From the IMG/VR virus record IMGVR_UViG_3300008954_000007: a stretch of DNA of 64,000 nt. One strand, written 5' to 3'. The DNA comes from a virus. Of the stretch, positions 17,201 through 26,091 are shown piece after piece (the stretch's first letter is position 1; every line of letters starts with the position of its first letter). The position numbers and the translations under genes were made by a program. Below the pieces are notes generated by a model that was not told the origin of the DNA, ran no database searches, and saw only the letters and a list, made by a program, of their open reading frames with translations.

Positions 17201-19567
17201 GCTATTGCTAATATGTTGGGTGGAGTAATAAGTGAGGACTACATTTTTCATGATCCATCACCTACTGATGATTCTTCAATTAGGGCTTTAAGAGTGCATG
17301 GAATTAATGAGTCCATAGTTGAACATGAGGGTGTTCAACATTTTGTTTTTGATTTTGGCAATAAACTTAATATCTTTGTAAAAAGAGATGGTGTTGAGAT
17401 TGAAGAAAACTATAGAGAATATTTAAAAAATAAAGGGATTTCAAATGAAGACATTTCTGGCCCTAATGGTAAACAATTTGATCCAACACATATAGATGGT
17501 TTTCTTAGTTCACATTATTCAATAGGTAATAGCATTGGGAAGAAGATAAGACCTTTTAAGAATTTTGATCAATCAGACAAAGCAGATAGTGTTGAGGGAT
17601 TTTTTTCTTATAAAACACATGATTTTGATATTGACATAACTGATGGTTTTTTAAGACAACTTATTAATGAGAATATTATTGATAAAATACATGATCAAAA
17701 AGACAGAAGCTTTTTAGAAGAATTAAAGGGAACAGAAGAGAAAAAGATTGTTGAAGTTCAAAAATGGTTTTTAAGTAAGAGTTTAAGGGAAAGAGATGCT
17801 TTAATATTTAGGTATAATGTGATAACCCTACCAGGGGAAAGGCAATATTTAGTGCCTAAAATAAGACCAAATCAGTCAAAGACTTTAAAGCATTTTTCTC
17901 TTGATTCTATAACAGAACCTATCGCAGCATTTATTAACAACAAGTTTATTGAACAATTGACAGAAGGAACTATAGATTCTATTGCTAAAAGGATGAATAG
18001 TTTTGATGAAAAAAATAAAAGATCAATTAGTGACTTGGGTATATCTCCATTAGGTGATTTTAGGAGAAGTGTTGCTAGTTTTGTTCTTTGGGCTAAAGGA
18101 ATAAAGAAAGATCTACCTAGAGTTAATATAGAAGATAATTATTTGTTGAATATTTACGAAAAAATTAAAAATGGTGAGTATATACCTAGCAAATGGACAG
18201 AAAGTGTAGAAAAGCAAAATTTGTCTACTGGAATATCTAGAGATGAAATTAAGAATTTATTGGGAGATGAAAACAAAAATAATGAGAGAGCACTGGTATT
18301 TGTTCAATGGTGGAACTTTAAAAGATTAACTGATGGTCATAATATTTTTGGATTTGATCATCATCACTTAATTCCTAAAATATACAATAGTAAACATTCT
18401 TTTGTGGGAAACTGGCGTAGTGATTATTCAGAAAATGAAGATGGATTAACAGAATTAGAAAAAAATTGGTCTGATTCATTAGGGAGCAATAATTCATTAA
18501 ATTTAACTTATAGTGCGACAGGGAACACACATCAAACAATTTTCCACTCTACAGATGTAAAAATGGGTGCTTACATTAAAGATAATGATGAGGACAAAGT
18601 TGATTTACCAGATTTATACATGACAACAACAAATATTGGTGGAAAAGTAGTTCCATACTATAATGAAAAAACAATGACACAAGCTAAATATGATGATTCT
18701 GAAATACCATCTATGGATAGTATTTCAGAAGAAGAGATGGGTTGGGTAAAGATAAATTCCTATAGGTCTTTAAAATATAGTGATTTAAGTGAAGAAGAGG
18801 TAGTAAGGTTTAGTTCACAACTAGAAGTTGTTGCTGATAAATATAAAAAAGAATTAAGAAAAGGTTTTGATGGGTTTGAATTGGAAATTGATACAGTTGA
18901 TATTTTAAAAAAAATTGATGATAAACAAGGGATTTTGATGCCAACAATATCTGAAACTGGTGAGGGTGATTTAATTTACGACTCTAAAAAAGATAAGAAG
19001 GTTAATGCAATGAGTCAAGAAGTTTTAGATGATCTCAAAAATCCTAGCAAAATTAGTGCTGGAATACATACTTTACTATCTCTTAGTACAGAGGAAAATG
19101 AGGTTGTTTTTTATTATAAGGATACTACTGGTCTAGTTAAAAACATTAAAACAGGAAAGAGTGTTGACAATAAGAATTTAAGAAAAGCTAAAGAAATAGG
19201 AAAGATAGACACTACAAAAGATAAGCCAGTTTTAACTCTCAAATTGGATTCAGGTATTTCTTTAATGAAGGATCGTGGGAATAAGTATAAAGATGGAAAT
19301 AAGCTTGTTACAAAAGGAAACACATTAAGTTTTGATTATTATTCAGCAGTATTCCCTAGAGAGAAAGATGAGAAAGACACCTCTTGGAGAGAACATAGTT
19401 TTTTTAAGGTTACATCTAGTAAAAGACCTATAACCCCAGGTAATAAAGTTAGTAGAAAAATGATTGTTCCAATTTCTACAACTCCTCAAAAAGTAGAGGG
19501 AATGTCTCAAACAATGAAAAATTGTACAGATATTATTAGAGTACATAGAGAGTTAGCTGGAACATAA
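14246..19567 (+). CDS. Large (1773 aa) hypothetical protein with an internal HNH-like motif, possibly virion-associated
   Basis: Long ORF in the head cluster; DHHHLIP...NSLNL..HQTIFH at about 18350-18550. Confidence 0.55.
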   Translation: MVEQLRKKLNTLPLLIEKKRDGTWDQAIFSLEEVEFFKDAPSHCQDIIDDINELKKKGSSKSNETEEEAESTSRIARYAKAKEFYNQNKGEGDIGFDDILSKYVKFHLEGESNTKDRDTLLNTKVGKRTIKVEGGEDRTEEIYLLEKFDGYTERGNKASLYYSGLDDTVSGRDKSGNFNVVKGVKLVDVELASNTYAEQDFTLKKWDSRERSDLNKKYNECLKLFPSSHRLLAKEQLRFMRDLVSGEGSENLVTEISNQLQQFAVLFGEEGGKITHPDTGQVDIVSTEEGWRKRGDSILYGKSLNNNYKKTLFVSYYLPEMEFKKSDFKVDLEQGNFSEIIKPKSKYEDEQYKNYFNSLSTISQYENVLTMLRNMVLDPGFKELLGDSDIERDQLWRRILDESGIITSVFGIEGHNYVNEKERTVTKQTLIAEREKITGLKELELIDREIEHLKKNILLEEFKINTKSQQTRTIEGVDISLSNLSRELKIATEKRKELISDKKNKITHDFKFSFSPEENVDVGKKQTVLGEEFGVLKKTSFKNNITEERSLISGVEYIGATDAKYYEESYVAVQKIVRSLEESYSKVIGFLSDEENKQIVEALFPKGEGESSLDNLKKNLNYHASDAATKFGATTALFHRDQQALINRLFQNMFSNSIDNPQHLPLLSIFGGMGQDLEQFEGGFATAKAKAKTLRIHYGVRTGDYPLGNKQYREAIQEFYEKYLLKSELEGSDDAAEKLMTERVLTEIPNSRLVSGARIKNPFDSEVSGITDNDTNKPFRDYINSSVVDLRNYQKSLWDRRGVLWGNLTEVRDTLGKMSLMDYLKYQVKQSTSELSGDWYDEIEEITSEIRSIDQIAGTRVKRIVDNRQENFHSDYELQDGVIHTSKIDGLSYALLDYRTEEDIFRNIETGVETIAPLGWREDPNWSGKLPYQEYVEDKKIQITPEWTLLHNSKGRVPGLKTGEEWGSPVYRTNLQYSSVGDIDKAIANMLGGVISEDYIFHDPSPTDDSSIRALRVHGINESIVEHEGVQHFVFDFGNKLNIFVKRDGVEIEENYREYLKNKGISNEDISGPNGKQFDPTHIDGFLSSHYSIGNSIGKKIRPFKNFDQSDKADSVEGFFSYKTHDFDIDITDGFLRQLINENIIDKIHDQKDRSFLEELKGTEEKKIVEVQKWFLSKSLRERDALIFRYNVITLPGERQYLVPKIRPNQSKTLKHFSLDSITEPIAAFINNKFIEQLTEGTIDSIAKRMNSFDEKNKRSISDLGISPLGDFRRSVASFVLWAKGIKKDLPRVNIEDNYLLNIYEKIKNGEYIPSKWTESVEKQNLSTGISRDEIKNLLGDENKNNERALVFVQWWNFKRLTDGHNIFGFDHHHLIPKIYNSKHSFVGNWRSDYSENEDGLTELEKNWSDSLGSNNSLNLTYSATGNTHQTIFHSTDVKMGAYIKDNDEDKVDLPDLYMTTTNIGGKVVPYYNEKTMTQAKYDDSEIPSMDSISEEEMGWVKINSYRSLKYSDLSEEEVVRFSSQLEVVADKYKKELRKGFDGFELEIDTVDILKKIDDKQGILMPTISETGEGDLIYDSKKDKKVNAMSQEVLDDLKNPSKISAGIHTLLSLSTEENEVVFYYKDTTGLVKNIKTGKSVDNKNLRKAKEIGKIDTTKDKPVLTLKLDSGISLMKDRGNKYKDGNKLVTKGNTLSFDYYSAVFPREKDEKDTSWREHSFFKVTSSKRPITPGNKVSRKMIVPISTTPQKVEGMSQTMKNCTDIIRVHRELAGT

Positions 19568-19572
19568 TAGTT

Positions 19573-20055
19573 ATGTTATATGACTTTTTATATAGAAACC
19601 CAAGCTTAGTTAATCATACAACTTATTTGGAAATAGATGAAGTAAGTGATGATTTGTACTTCACTTTTGGTTTTAGGCTTCCTTATTATGTTAAAAATTT
19701 TTATGCCACTCAAAATGGTTTAATTACTAGTTATTTTAATATTTATACGTTAAATGATTTAAAGGAGAAAACAGAATTGAATGGTTGGATAAACTCACCT
19801 GGAACTTCAAAGAGTTTGTGTTTAGGAGAGTTTAATAGTGGTTGTTATCTTTATGACTATAATGAAAAGTTAATTCAAAACTATGACTATTATCATGGCG
19901 TTTTAGGTGAGTATGTAGATGTATTTAGTTTGTTTAACGATCTTTATGAATTGTATGGATTGAAAAACATTATGGAAGATAAAACACAGGGTGAAATACA
20001 TAAAACAAATATTGAGTCTATTGATTTTAGTGGTGTAGAATTTGTTGTTGATTAG
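19573..20055 (+). CDS. Hypothetical protein
   Basis: 160-aa ORF starting 5 nt after the large gene. Confidence 0.55.
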   Translation: MLYDFLYRNPSLVNHTTYLEIDEVSDDLYFTFGFRLPYYVKNFYATQNGLITSYFNIYTLNDLKEKTELNGWINSPGTSKSLCLGEFNSGCYLYDYNEKLIQNYDYYHGVLGEYVDVFSLFNDLYELYGLKNIMEDKTQGEIHKTNIESIDFSGVEFVVD

Positions 20056-20063
20056 GAGTTGTT

Positions 20064-20264
20064 ATGGTTACTTTTCAATCTATAAGTCATTTAAGTCAGC
20101 ATCAAATGTTGAAAGAGCTACAGGAAGCAAAACAAGTAACTAGGGATGTTATTAGATTACAGATTGCTAACGAACAAAGAGAAAAACATAAACAAAATGT
20201 TATTGATAGGCAATCTTCATACAATAGGGCAAGATATGGCAGCACTTTAGATGTAAGAGCATAG
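20064..20264 (+). CDS. Small hypothetical protein
   Basis: AGGAG RBS; 66 aa. Confidence 0.55.
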   Translation: MVTFQSISHLSQHQMLKELQEAKQVTRDVIRLQIANEQREKHKQNVIDRQSSYNRARYGSTLDVRA

Positions 20265-20311
20265 TTTTTATATCTAAATGTGATATCATTTTTATTAAAA
20301 TAGAAAAAAAT

Positions 20312-20340
20312 TTGACGTATAGGTTGCTAACGTATATAAT
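20312..20340 (+). promoter_or_regulatory. Near-consensus sigma70 promoter of the capsid operon
   Basis: TTGACG-17 bp-TATAAT. Confidence 0.8.
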
Positions 20341-20372
20341 TGAAAAGGAATAATCTAGAATTGAGGTTAGAA

Positions 20373-21836
20373 ATGGCTGATGTACTCCACCATTCAATAC
20401 CTTTTAGCTTCCACATGGGTTTGGATGCTGCGTATGACGACAGCAACTACCTAGAGAAAAGTGAGGATAGTGGAAGGCTTTTTCTAAAAGGTGTAGCGTC
20501 AGACACCTTGCCAGATAAGCAAAATCAAAGGTTCAGTAAGAAGTTTATTGAATCTATGGTAGAGTCTGCCAAGGGGATGACATGTTTTTATGAACATAAT
20601 AGGGATCTAGATCACACTATTGGTGTCTGTAAAGATGCTATAGTTGAAAATGATTCTTTAAATGTCCTTATTGAGTTAGAGCAACCAGAGTCTAATGATT
20701 TAGTTAAGAAACTGGTTTCAAAATCTCAACAAGGCATACGAATTGGTCTTAGTGTTTCTGGAGTTGTTACAAAAAGCACAGTAGAAAAGAAAGATAGTGC
20801 TAGTTCAGACATTAAGGCTATGAATGAGAATGAAGAACTACCCATTCAAGTGCTTGAAGAGGGTAGACTAGACGAAATTAGTGCTGTAGGTCTTCCATCC
20901 AATCCAAGGGGTTGGGCTGCAGTTATAATGAAGTCATTTAAGGATGGGGTGAGCAAAAACATGACAGATTTGTCTGATGTACAACAATCAGATTTAGCAG
21001 AGCCACCACAAATTGTTCCTGATCCATTAGGTGCTGAAGAGAGTTCCTTGTTGAAGGCTGAAGAAGAGCCAGAGAAGCCAGCAGAACCTCAACCAGAACC
21101 TGCACAACCTGAACGCCAAGAGGAGAAAATCACGATGCATTCAGAAATAGTAAATGGAATTGCTGAAGCTATTGGTGGTTCTATTAGGTCGCTAAATGAT
21201 GCTTTAACAGCATTAAGGCAATCTGTTGAACAAAAGAATCAAGAGCTTTCAACAGCAGTATTAAATTTAACTGAAAAAGTTGACTTTACTGAGAAGTCTC
21301 AACATGAAAAAAGCACTAATGCTCTTAGAAGCAATTCTGATAGATTAGAATCTAATCTAAGAACTCAGAATGAATCTAGCATTAGAGCAGCTTTCGATAA
21401 GCAGAATGATAATATTGCTAGAGCATTTGATCAAGTTAATAGTGCTCTTGTTGAGATCACTAAAGCTTTTGATGGAGTAGTTGAGAGAATTGATGTTCTA
21501 GAAACAAAAGTTGATGCTGGTTCTGACGTTTTCAAGCAACAAGTTAAAGAAGCAACCTCTGAGGCTATTGAATCCTTCCAGCAAAATCCTTCTCCTAGTG
21601 ATGCAGTTCGTAAATCTGGTGGAAACCAAGATTTCAACAATGTTGAAGAACGACAAACTGAAGAGCCAGAAGCTAGGGTTTTCAAGAATAATGATGGAGA
21701 TTTAGTGGTGAAAGGTGGAAGTGTTAATCCAGCCACCTTAACTAAAACTGAAATATCTGCCCTAAATGATGATCAAAAACTTGATGCATTAAATGCAGTT
21801 GTTGGTCAAATGATGGGTATGTCAGGTCGCAGATAG
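20373..21836 (+). CDS. HK97-type prohead protease fused to a coiled-coil scaffold
   Basis: GVASDTLPD, FYEHNRD..IG, GLSVSG and LDEISAVGLPSNP motifs; Pro/Glu linker then heptad repeats. ATG 20373 has a GAGG RBS; the track start at 20340 overlaps the -10 box. Confidence 0.85.
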   Translation: MADVLHHSIPFSFHMGLDAAYDDSNYLEKSEDSGRLFLKGVASDTLPDKQNQRFSKKFIESMVESAKGMTCFYEHNRDLDHTIGVCKDAIVENDSLNVLIELEQPESNDLVKKLVSKSQQGIRIGLSVSGVVTKSTVEKKDSASSDIKAMNENEELPIQVLEEGRLDEISAVGLPSNPRGWAAVIMKSFKDGVSKNMTDLSDVQQSDLAEPPQIVPDPLGAEESSLLKAEEEPEKPAEPQPEPAQPERQEEKITMHSEIVNGIAEAIGGSIRSLNDALTALRQSVEQKNQELSTAVLNLTEKVDFTEKSQHEKSTNALRSNSDRLESNLRTQNESSIRAAFDKQNDNIARAFDQVNSALVEITKAFDGVVERIDVLETKVDAGSDVFKQQVKEATSEAIESFQQNPSPSDAVRKSGGNQDFNNVEERQTEEPEARVFKNNDGDLVVKGGSVNPATLTKTEISALNDDQKLDALNAVVGQMMGMSGRR

Positions 21837-21862
21837 CATAGTCTTAAGAGAGGTATATAATA

Positions 21863-23125
21863 ATGAGTAATTTAGAAGGTGTCTTCACCAAAGGCCCAGA
21901 TGAAGAAGCTATTGGTTCTGTTAGTGCTGATAATCAACCTAATATAGTTGATAGTGTTGAGCATTTTGTTCCAGAACCACTGCTTAACACTTTTCATGGT
22001 TTAATGAGGGAAAAAACATTTGTACGTTCTATGTTTAGAACAGTCAATATGCCCTATACGACCATGAATATTCCAACTATTGCTTCAGGAACCAGGGTTT
22101 ATCACCAACCTAATGAAGCAGCACAGGGTGAAGCAACTGGCGTAACGTCAGATAGCTATCAAATCACTGCTAGAAAACTTATGGCTCAAACCATGATTTC
22201 TAGAGAAGTGATGGAAGATGCAAATCAAAATATTCAGCGTGTAGTGACTGAAGATTTTGCTAGTGCATTAGCTGCTGCAGAAGAGCAAGCCTTTTTGTTG
22301 GGTCAAGAAGTTGGTACTTCAGCAATAGATCCTGATACTTCAGGTGCTAGTGTTAATAGTGGAACTGTAGCTGCTGATATTAGAAGAGCCACCAACATTT
22401 GGAAAGAGACAGGGTTGATTGACTTCAATGGTGCTACAGATCAACAAATGACAAATAACCCTAATGTTATTTGTGATGGTTTGTTGACAGTTGCATTGAG
22501 AAGAGGTGGTAAGAATGTTATTGATGCTGCAGGTGACTCTTTTTATGGTTCTACTGCCTATGAATTAGTTAGAGATGCCATTTCAAAAATGGGTATTTTG
22601 GGTAGAAACAAAAGAGAATTAGTTTTAATTGTTAATTCAGTTGCTGCTAGTCAATTATTGATGAGTAGTGAGTTGATGACTCTAGAAAAGTATGGTAGAG
22701 ATGCCACTATTTTGACAGGTGAAGTTGGTCAACTATTTGGATTGAAAATTATTGAATCACAATGGTTACCAGGTGGTGCAGCAGCTACTACACTTGGTGG
22801 AGGCCCATCAGGTTCTCCAGTAGCAGCAGAAGGTGCTACTTATGAAGTCACTAAAGATGGTACTGGTGCATTAGGTACTCCTAGAGAGTATGGTCTTGGT
22901 GGTTATGCCATCTTGGTTCATATTCCAAGTGTAACTATTGGTGATCGTAGAAAAGTCTCTATCAGAACAGAAGAAGAGATTGCTGTAGATGCTTTTAGAA
23001 CAGTTCTAACATCTAGAGTTGGATTCTATTGTCAGCAACAGTATGAGTATGGTGGAACAGCCCCACTTTGTCCAGTAGTTGCCATTGGTAACATGGATTC
23101 ATCAATTGGACTAGAATCTCCTTAG
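21863..23125 (+). CDS. Major capsid protein (HK97 fold)
   Basis: FVPE..., ARKLMAQTMISREVMEDA, ALAAAEEQAFLLG and GQLFGLKIIES motifs; follows the protease. Confidence 0.9.
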   Translation: MSNLEGVFTKGPDEEAIGSVSADNQPNIVDSVEHFVPEPLLNTFHGLMREKTFVRSMFRTVNMPYTTMNIPTIASGTRVYHQPNEAAQGEATGVTSDSYQITARKLMAQTMISREVMEDANQNIQRVVTEDFASALAAAEEQAFLLGQEVGTSAIDPDTSGASVNSGTVAADIRRATNIWKETGLIDFNGATDQQMTNNPNVICDGLLTVALRRGGKNVIDAAGDSFYGSTAYELVRDAISKMGILGRNKRELVLIVNSVAASQLLMSSELMTLEKYGRDATILTGEVGQLFGLKIIESQWLPGGAAATTLGGGPSGSPVAAEGATYEVTKDGTGALGTPREYGLGGYAILVHIPSVTIGDRRKVSIRTEEEIAVDAFRTVLTSRVGFYCQQQYEYGGTAPLCPVVAIGNMDSSIGLESP

Positions 23126-23134
23126 TAATCTACT

Positions 23135-23809
23135 ATGCCCTATTATGCTACAGAGTCTTCTGTTGTTGCTCTGAGTAATGGGCAAGTAACTGAAGAGTAT
23201 ATTCAGCCAGATTGGGTAGTGTGGAACGACTTTAAGGTTGACACACTACTCAATCTAGGTTTTAGTTTTAGGCTCTATAAAGATCAGTATTCCTTTATAT
23301 TGTCAGACACAACTGTTAGGGAGATCTTTTTAAGATCTCCTTTAGTTGCTGATGATGTCTATGACTTTAAAATATTTGAAAATGATTCTGCTTACCCATC
23401 TACATCAGATACAGAAACATCTTCAGATGATTATTTAGTTAGAAGTTCTTTTGTAGAGAGAACTAGGGATAGTGTTTGGAAAAAGTACATCACAGTAGAG
23501 TACCATTGGGGTTTCCCTACAATACCTAAAGATGTTGAAGTCCTAGCTAACTTAACTCTCCTTAATTTCTGTTTACTATCTAAACAATCCTCTAGTAGTT
23601 CTGTAGCTTCAGAGAGAATAGGGGAATATCAGTTTAGTTCAACTAGTGTGGAAACTACCACTAGTTCTTTTTCAGATGAAATAGATGATTTGGTTGCTAT
23701 GGTGAAAACAAAATACAGTACAGTCAATTTCACCTTTCCAGGCGTTCAAAATCCATCTCCAACGTTAATTAATTCATCCAGAACTGAAATCTTAAACGCA
23801 CCAGTATAA
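23135..23809 (+). CDS. Head-tail adaptor (connector)
   Basis: ITVEYHWGF..IPKDV and SERIGEYQFS motifs; position after the capsid gene. Confidence 0.75.
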   Translation: MPYYATESSVVALSNGQVTEEYIQPDWVVWNDFKVDTLLNLGFSFRLYKDQYSFILSDTTVREIFLRSPLVADDVYDFKIFENDSAYPSTSDTETSSDDYLVRSSFVERTRDSVWKKYITVEYHWGFPTIPKDVEVLANLTLLNFCLLSKQSSSSSVASERIGEYQFSSTSVETTTSSFSDEIDDLVAMVKTKYSTVNFTFPGVQNPSPTLINSSRTEILNAPV

Positions 23810-24210
23810 TGTCTTTTGAGAATTTGTTGATTCATAAGGCAAATGTTTATGAGTTCAACATTAACCCCTCAGATGTTGATGATTATAATATGCCTATAGT
23901 GAGTTTATTAGCAACAGAGTATGCTAATATTTCATGTAGGTTACAACACTACCATCATAAATCTTCAGGGTTGGTGCAACAAGAGGTTGAATTAATTGAA
24001 GAAAAACCTGCTCTTTTGTTCGTATCTGGTACTTCTTTTACTCCTACCCATAGTAATTATGTTTTTCATTTTTCCATTGATAGTAGTAATTTCTATATCG
24101 TTCAAGAAATGAAAGTATTGTATGCACAATCAATTATCCCTCATCATTATGAGCTATTAGTAGTTCCATTTAATGAAGAGATATCTGGAGACTATACAGC
24201 ACCAGTATAA
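23809..24210 (+). CDS. Head closure/stopper-like neck protein
   Basis: MSFENLLIHK..DDY..CRL..HHYEL pattern; coupled stop/start. Confidence 0.6.
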   Translation: MSFENLLIHKANVYEFNINPSDVDDYNMPIVSLLATEYANISCRLQHYHHKSSGLVQQEVELIEEKPALLFVSGTSFTPTHSNYVFHFSIDSSNFYIVQEMKVLYAQSIIPHHYELLVVPFNEEISGDYTAPV

Positions 24211-24704
24211 TGGCTTTTCAAGATCCCATTAAAAATATCATTAAGTATTTAACTACTAATGACAATACTTCTAGTTTAAGAACTGTTGTAGAGATAGGGG
24301 AAGACTCTGGACTATATAGAATTTATCATAATGCCATTAGATTTTGGGATATGAAAGATGATGAGTGTAAGGCGTTAACCTTAACTAAAATAAGGGATGG
24401 TGAGGGAAAGAATGCCTTAGATCAAACTGTAGAGATGGCTTTTGAGTTTATATGTTGGTCTAACAAGAACAAAGAAAGTGAATTAATGGACTTGTGGGTT
24501 GCTTTGGATGAGATTTTTCACAATCAACACAATACTATTTATGAAAGCCTAACTGTAATACATTCTTTTAGATCACAAGAGCCAGTGTTTGATAATAGGT
24601 TTGCTTTAAACTTAAGTCCAGCTACTACTAGATTATCATCTAGAACCAAACTAAGACTTCCTTCTGTATCTTCTACTTATACTTTCCTGGCAATGGAAAA
24701 CTAA
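24210..24704 (+). CDS. Tail completion/terminator-like protein
   Basis: Size, synteny, RIY..., and F.F.CWS motif. Confidence 0.5.
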   Translation: MAFQDPIKNIIKYLTTNDNTSSLRTVVEIGEDSGLYRIYHNAIRFWDMKDDECKALTLTKIRDGEGKNALDQTVEMAFEFICWSNKNKESELMDLWVALDEIFHNQHNTIYESLTVIHSFRSQEPVFDNRFALNLSPATTRLSSRTKLRLPSVSSTYTFLAMEN

Positions 24705-25660
24705 GCTAAATAGCTTTTAAGTTTTCTATCTCTTCTTTCCATCTCTTCTAGGTCATCAGTAAGAAAATTTAAGTTATTACTTTGTTGTTTTTGGGTAATA
24801 CTTTCATGACTCACCCTAGAGTCATAGATGTTTTGTATTTCCTCTTTAGATAAGTCTGATGGGTCTTTCCCCCACTTACAAGCCATAATATCTATATCAA
24901 AAAACTTATTTTTATTAATAGTTTTTTCAATTAGTTTTATTCCACCCTCATCTCCATCCCCAAAAATAATTAATTTTTTAGCACCAAACTCCAATAGGGT
25001 TTTAACTTGGTTATCACTTAAGTCAGCACCCAAGAGTGCAGCACAGTTTTTGAAACCCTTCTGCCACATAGACATTACATCAAAAGCACCCTCTACAATA
25101 ATGGTTTCTTTTTCAACTTGTTTTGAGAAGATGAAATTGGATTTAGGCATATTCTTAGGAAATATATATTTTCTTGAAGATAGTCCTGTATAGTCTCTAG
25201 CCTGAAAAGCTAAATTCCCTTTAGTTTCAATAGGAATTATAATTCTTTGATTGTAGATGGAAGATTTTTTCCTACATATGTGAAGATTGAAGTCTACTAT
25301 TGTTTCAATTTCAAGTCTATTAGTTAGGTAGTAGGGGCAATCTGATTCATTAAATATCTTTTCAAATTCCTGGGGGAAAAACTTAAAATTTTCTTCTTTA
25401 GGGGTTTCTAATTGACTTATGTCATCCAGTAGATCCTCTAGGCTATAGGTTATTTCAATATCTTCTAAACCATCAATGAGGTGACTGAGGTGACCTTTCT
25501 TATTGCACCCATGACAATACCAAAGTTTCTTTTTCTTACTATATGAAGCAGATGGATTATCATCTAAATGGTCTGGACTAGGACAACTAATCCTTATTTC
25601 TTCATCAGTTTCGTTAAAAGTTATTATTCCAGCTTTTTCTAATATTTGTTTATGATTCAT
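24701..25660 (-). CDS. DNA primase (DnaG-type; Zn finger plus TOPRIM)
   Basis: CP..H.D.NPS..WYCHGC; IIVEGAFD; GDGDEGG; KDPSD. Confidence 0.9.
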   Translation of the reverse strand: MNHKQILEKAGIITFNETDEEIRISCPSPDHLDDNPSASYSKKKKLWYCHGCNKKGHLSHLIDGLEDIEITYSLEDLLDDISQLETPKEENFKFFPQEFEKIFNESDCPYYLTNRLEIETIVDFNLHICRKKSSIYNQRIIIPIETKGNLAFQARDYTGLSSRKYIFPKNMPKSNFIFSKQVEKETIIVEGAFDVMSMWQKGFKNCAALLGADLSDNQVKTLLEFGAKKLIIFGDGDEGGIKLIEKTINKNKFFDIDIMACKWGKDPSDLSKEEIQNIYDSRVSHESITQKQQSNNLNFLTDDLEEMERRDRKLKSYLA

Positions 25661-26091
25661 AGTGAGGGTAGGAATTTTGATTTTTTTCTGTAATTTCTTC
25701 TTGAAACTATTCTTTTTCTATATTTCTTATGAAAATCTTTGTTTTCTTTGGTTACTATTCTATCTATGTTGTCTTTTTTTTCAGTTTCTTGAAAAAGAAC
25801 AATAGAGGCAATACCTAAACTTGTTATTAACACAAAAAAAGTAGTTAGCATAAAAAACCAATCATCAGTGTTAAAGAAGTCAAAAAAGAATGAGAGATCA
25901 AGTTCTCCTAGAAGCATCGACCCTATTATTACTTTTGCACCAATTACTTGATGCATGTATTTGTTAGCTTTAGGAGTGCTTTTTGCTTCTGGATGTTTCT
26001 CATCCCATTCTTTAGATTCTTCTTTGACTCTTTCATTTAGTTCTTTAATTGCACTAAATGTTCTAAAAAAGACAAGGATTAGTCTAAGCAT
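25657..26091 (-). CDS. Hypothetical membrane protein
   Basis: Hydrophobic centre and basic tail; overlaps both neighbours. Confidence 0.5.
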   Translation of the reverse strand: MLRLILVFFRTFSAIKELNERVKEESKEWDEKHPEAKSTPKANKYMHQVIGAKVIIGSMLLGELDLSFFFDFFNTDDWFFMLTTFFVLITSLGIASIVLFQETEKKDNIDRIVTKENKDFHKKYRKRIVSRRNYRKKSKFLPSL

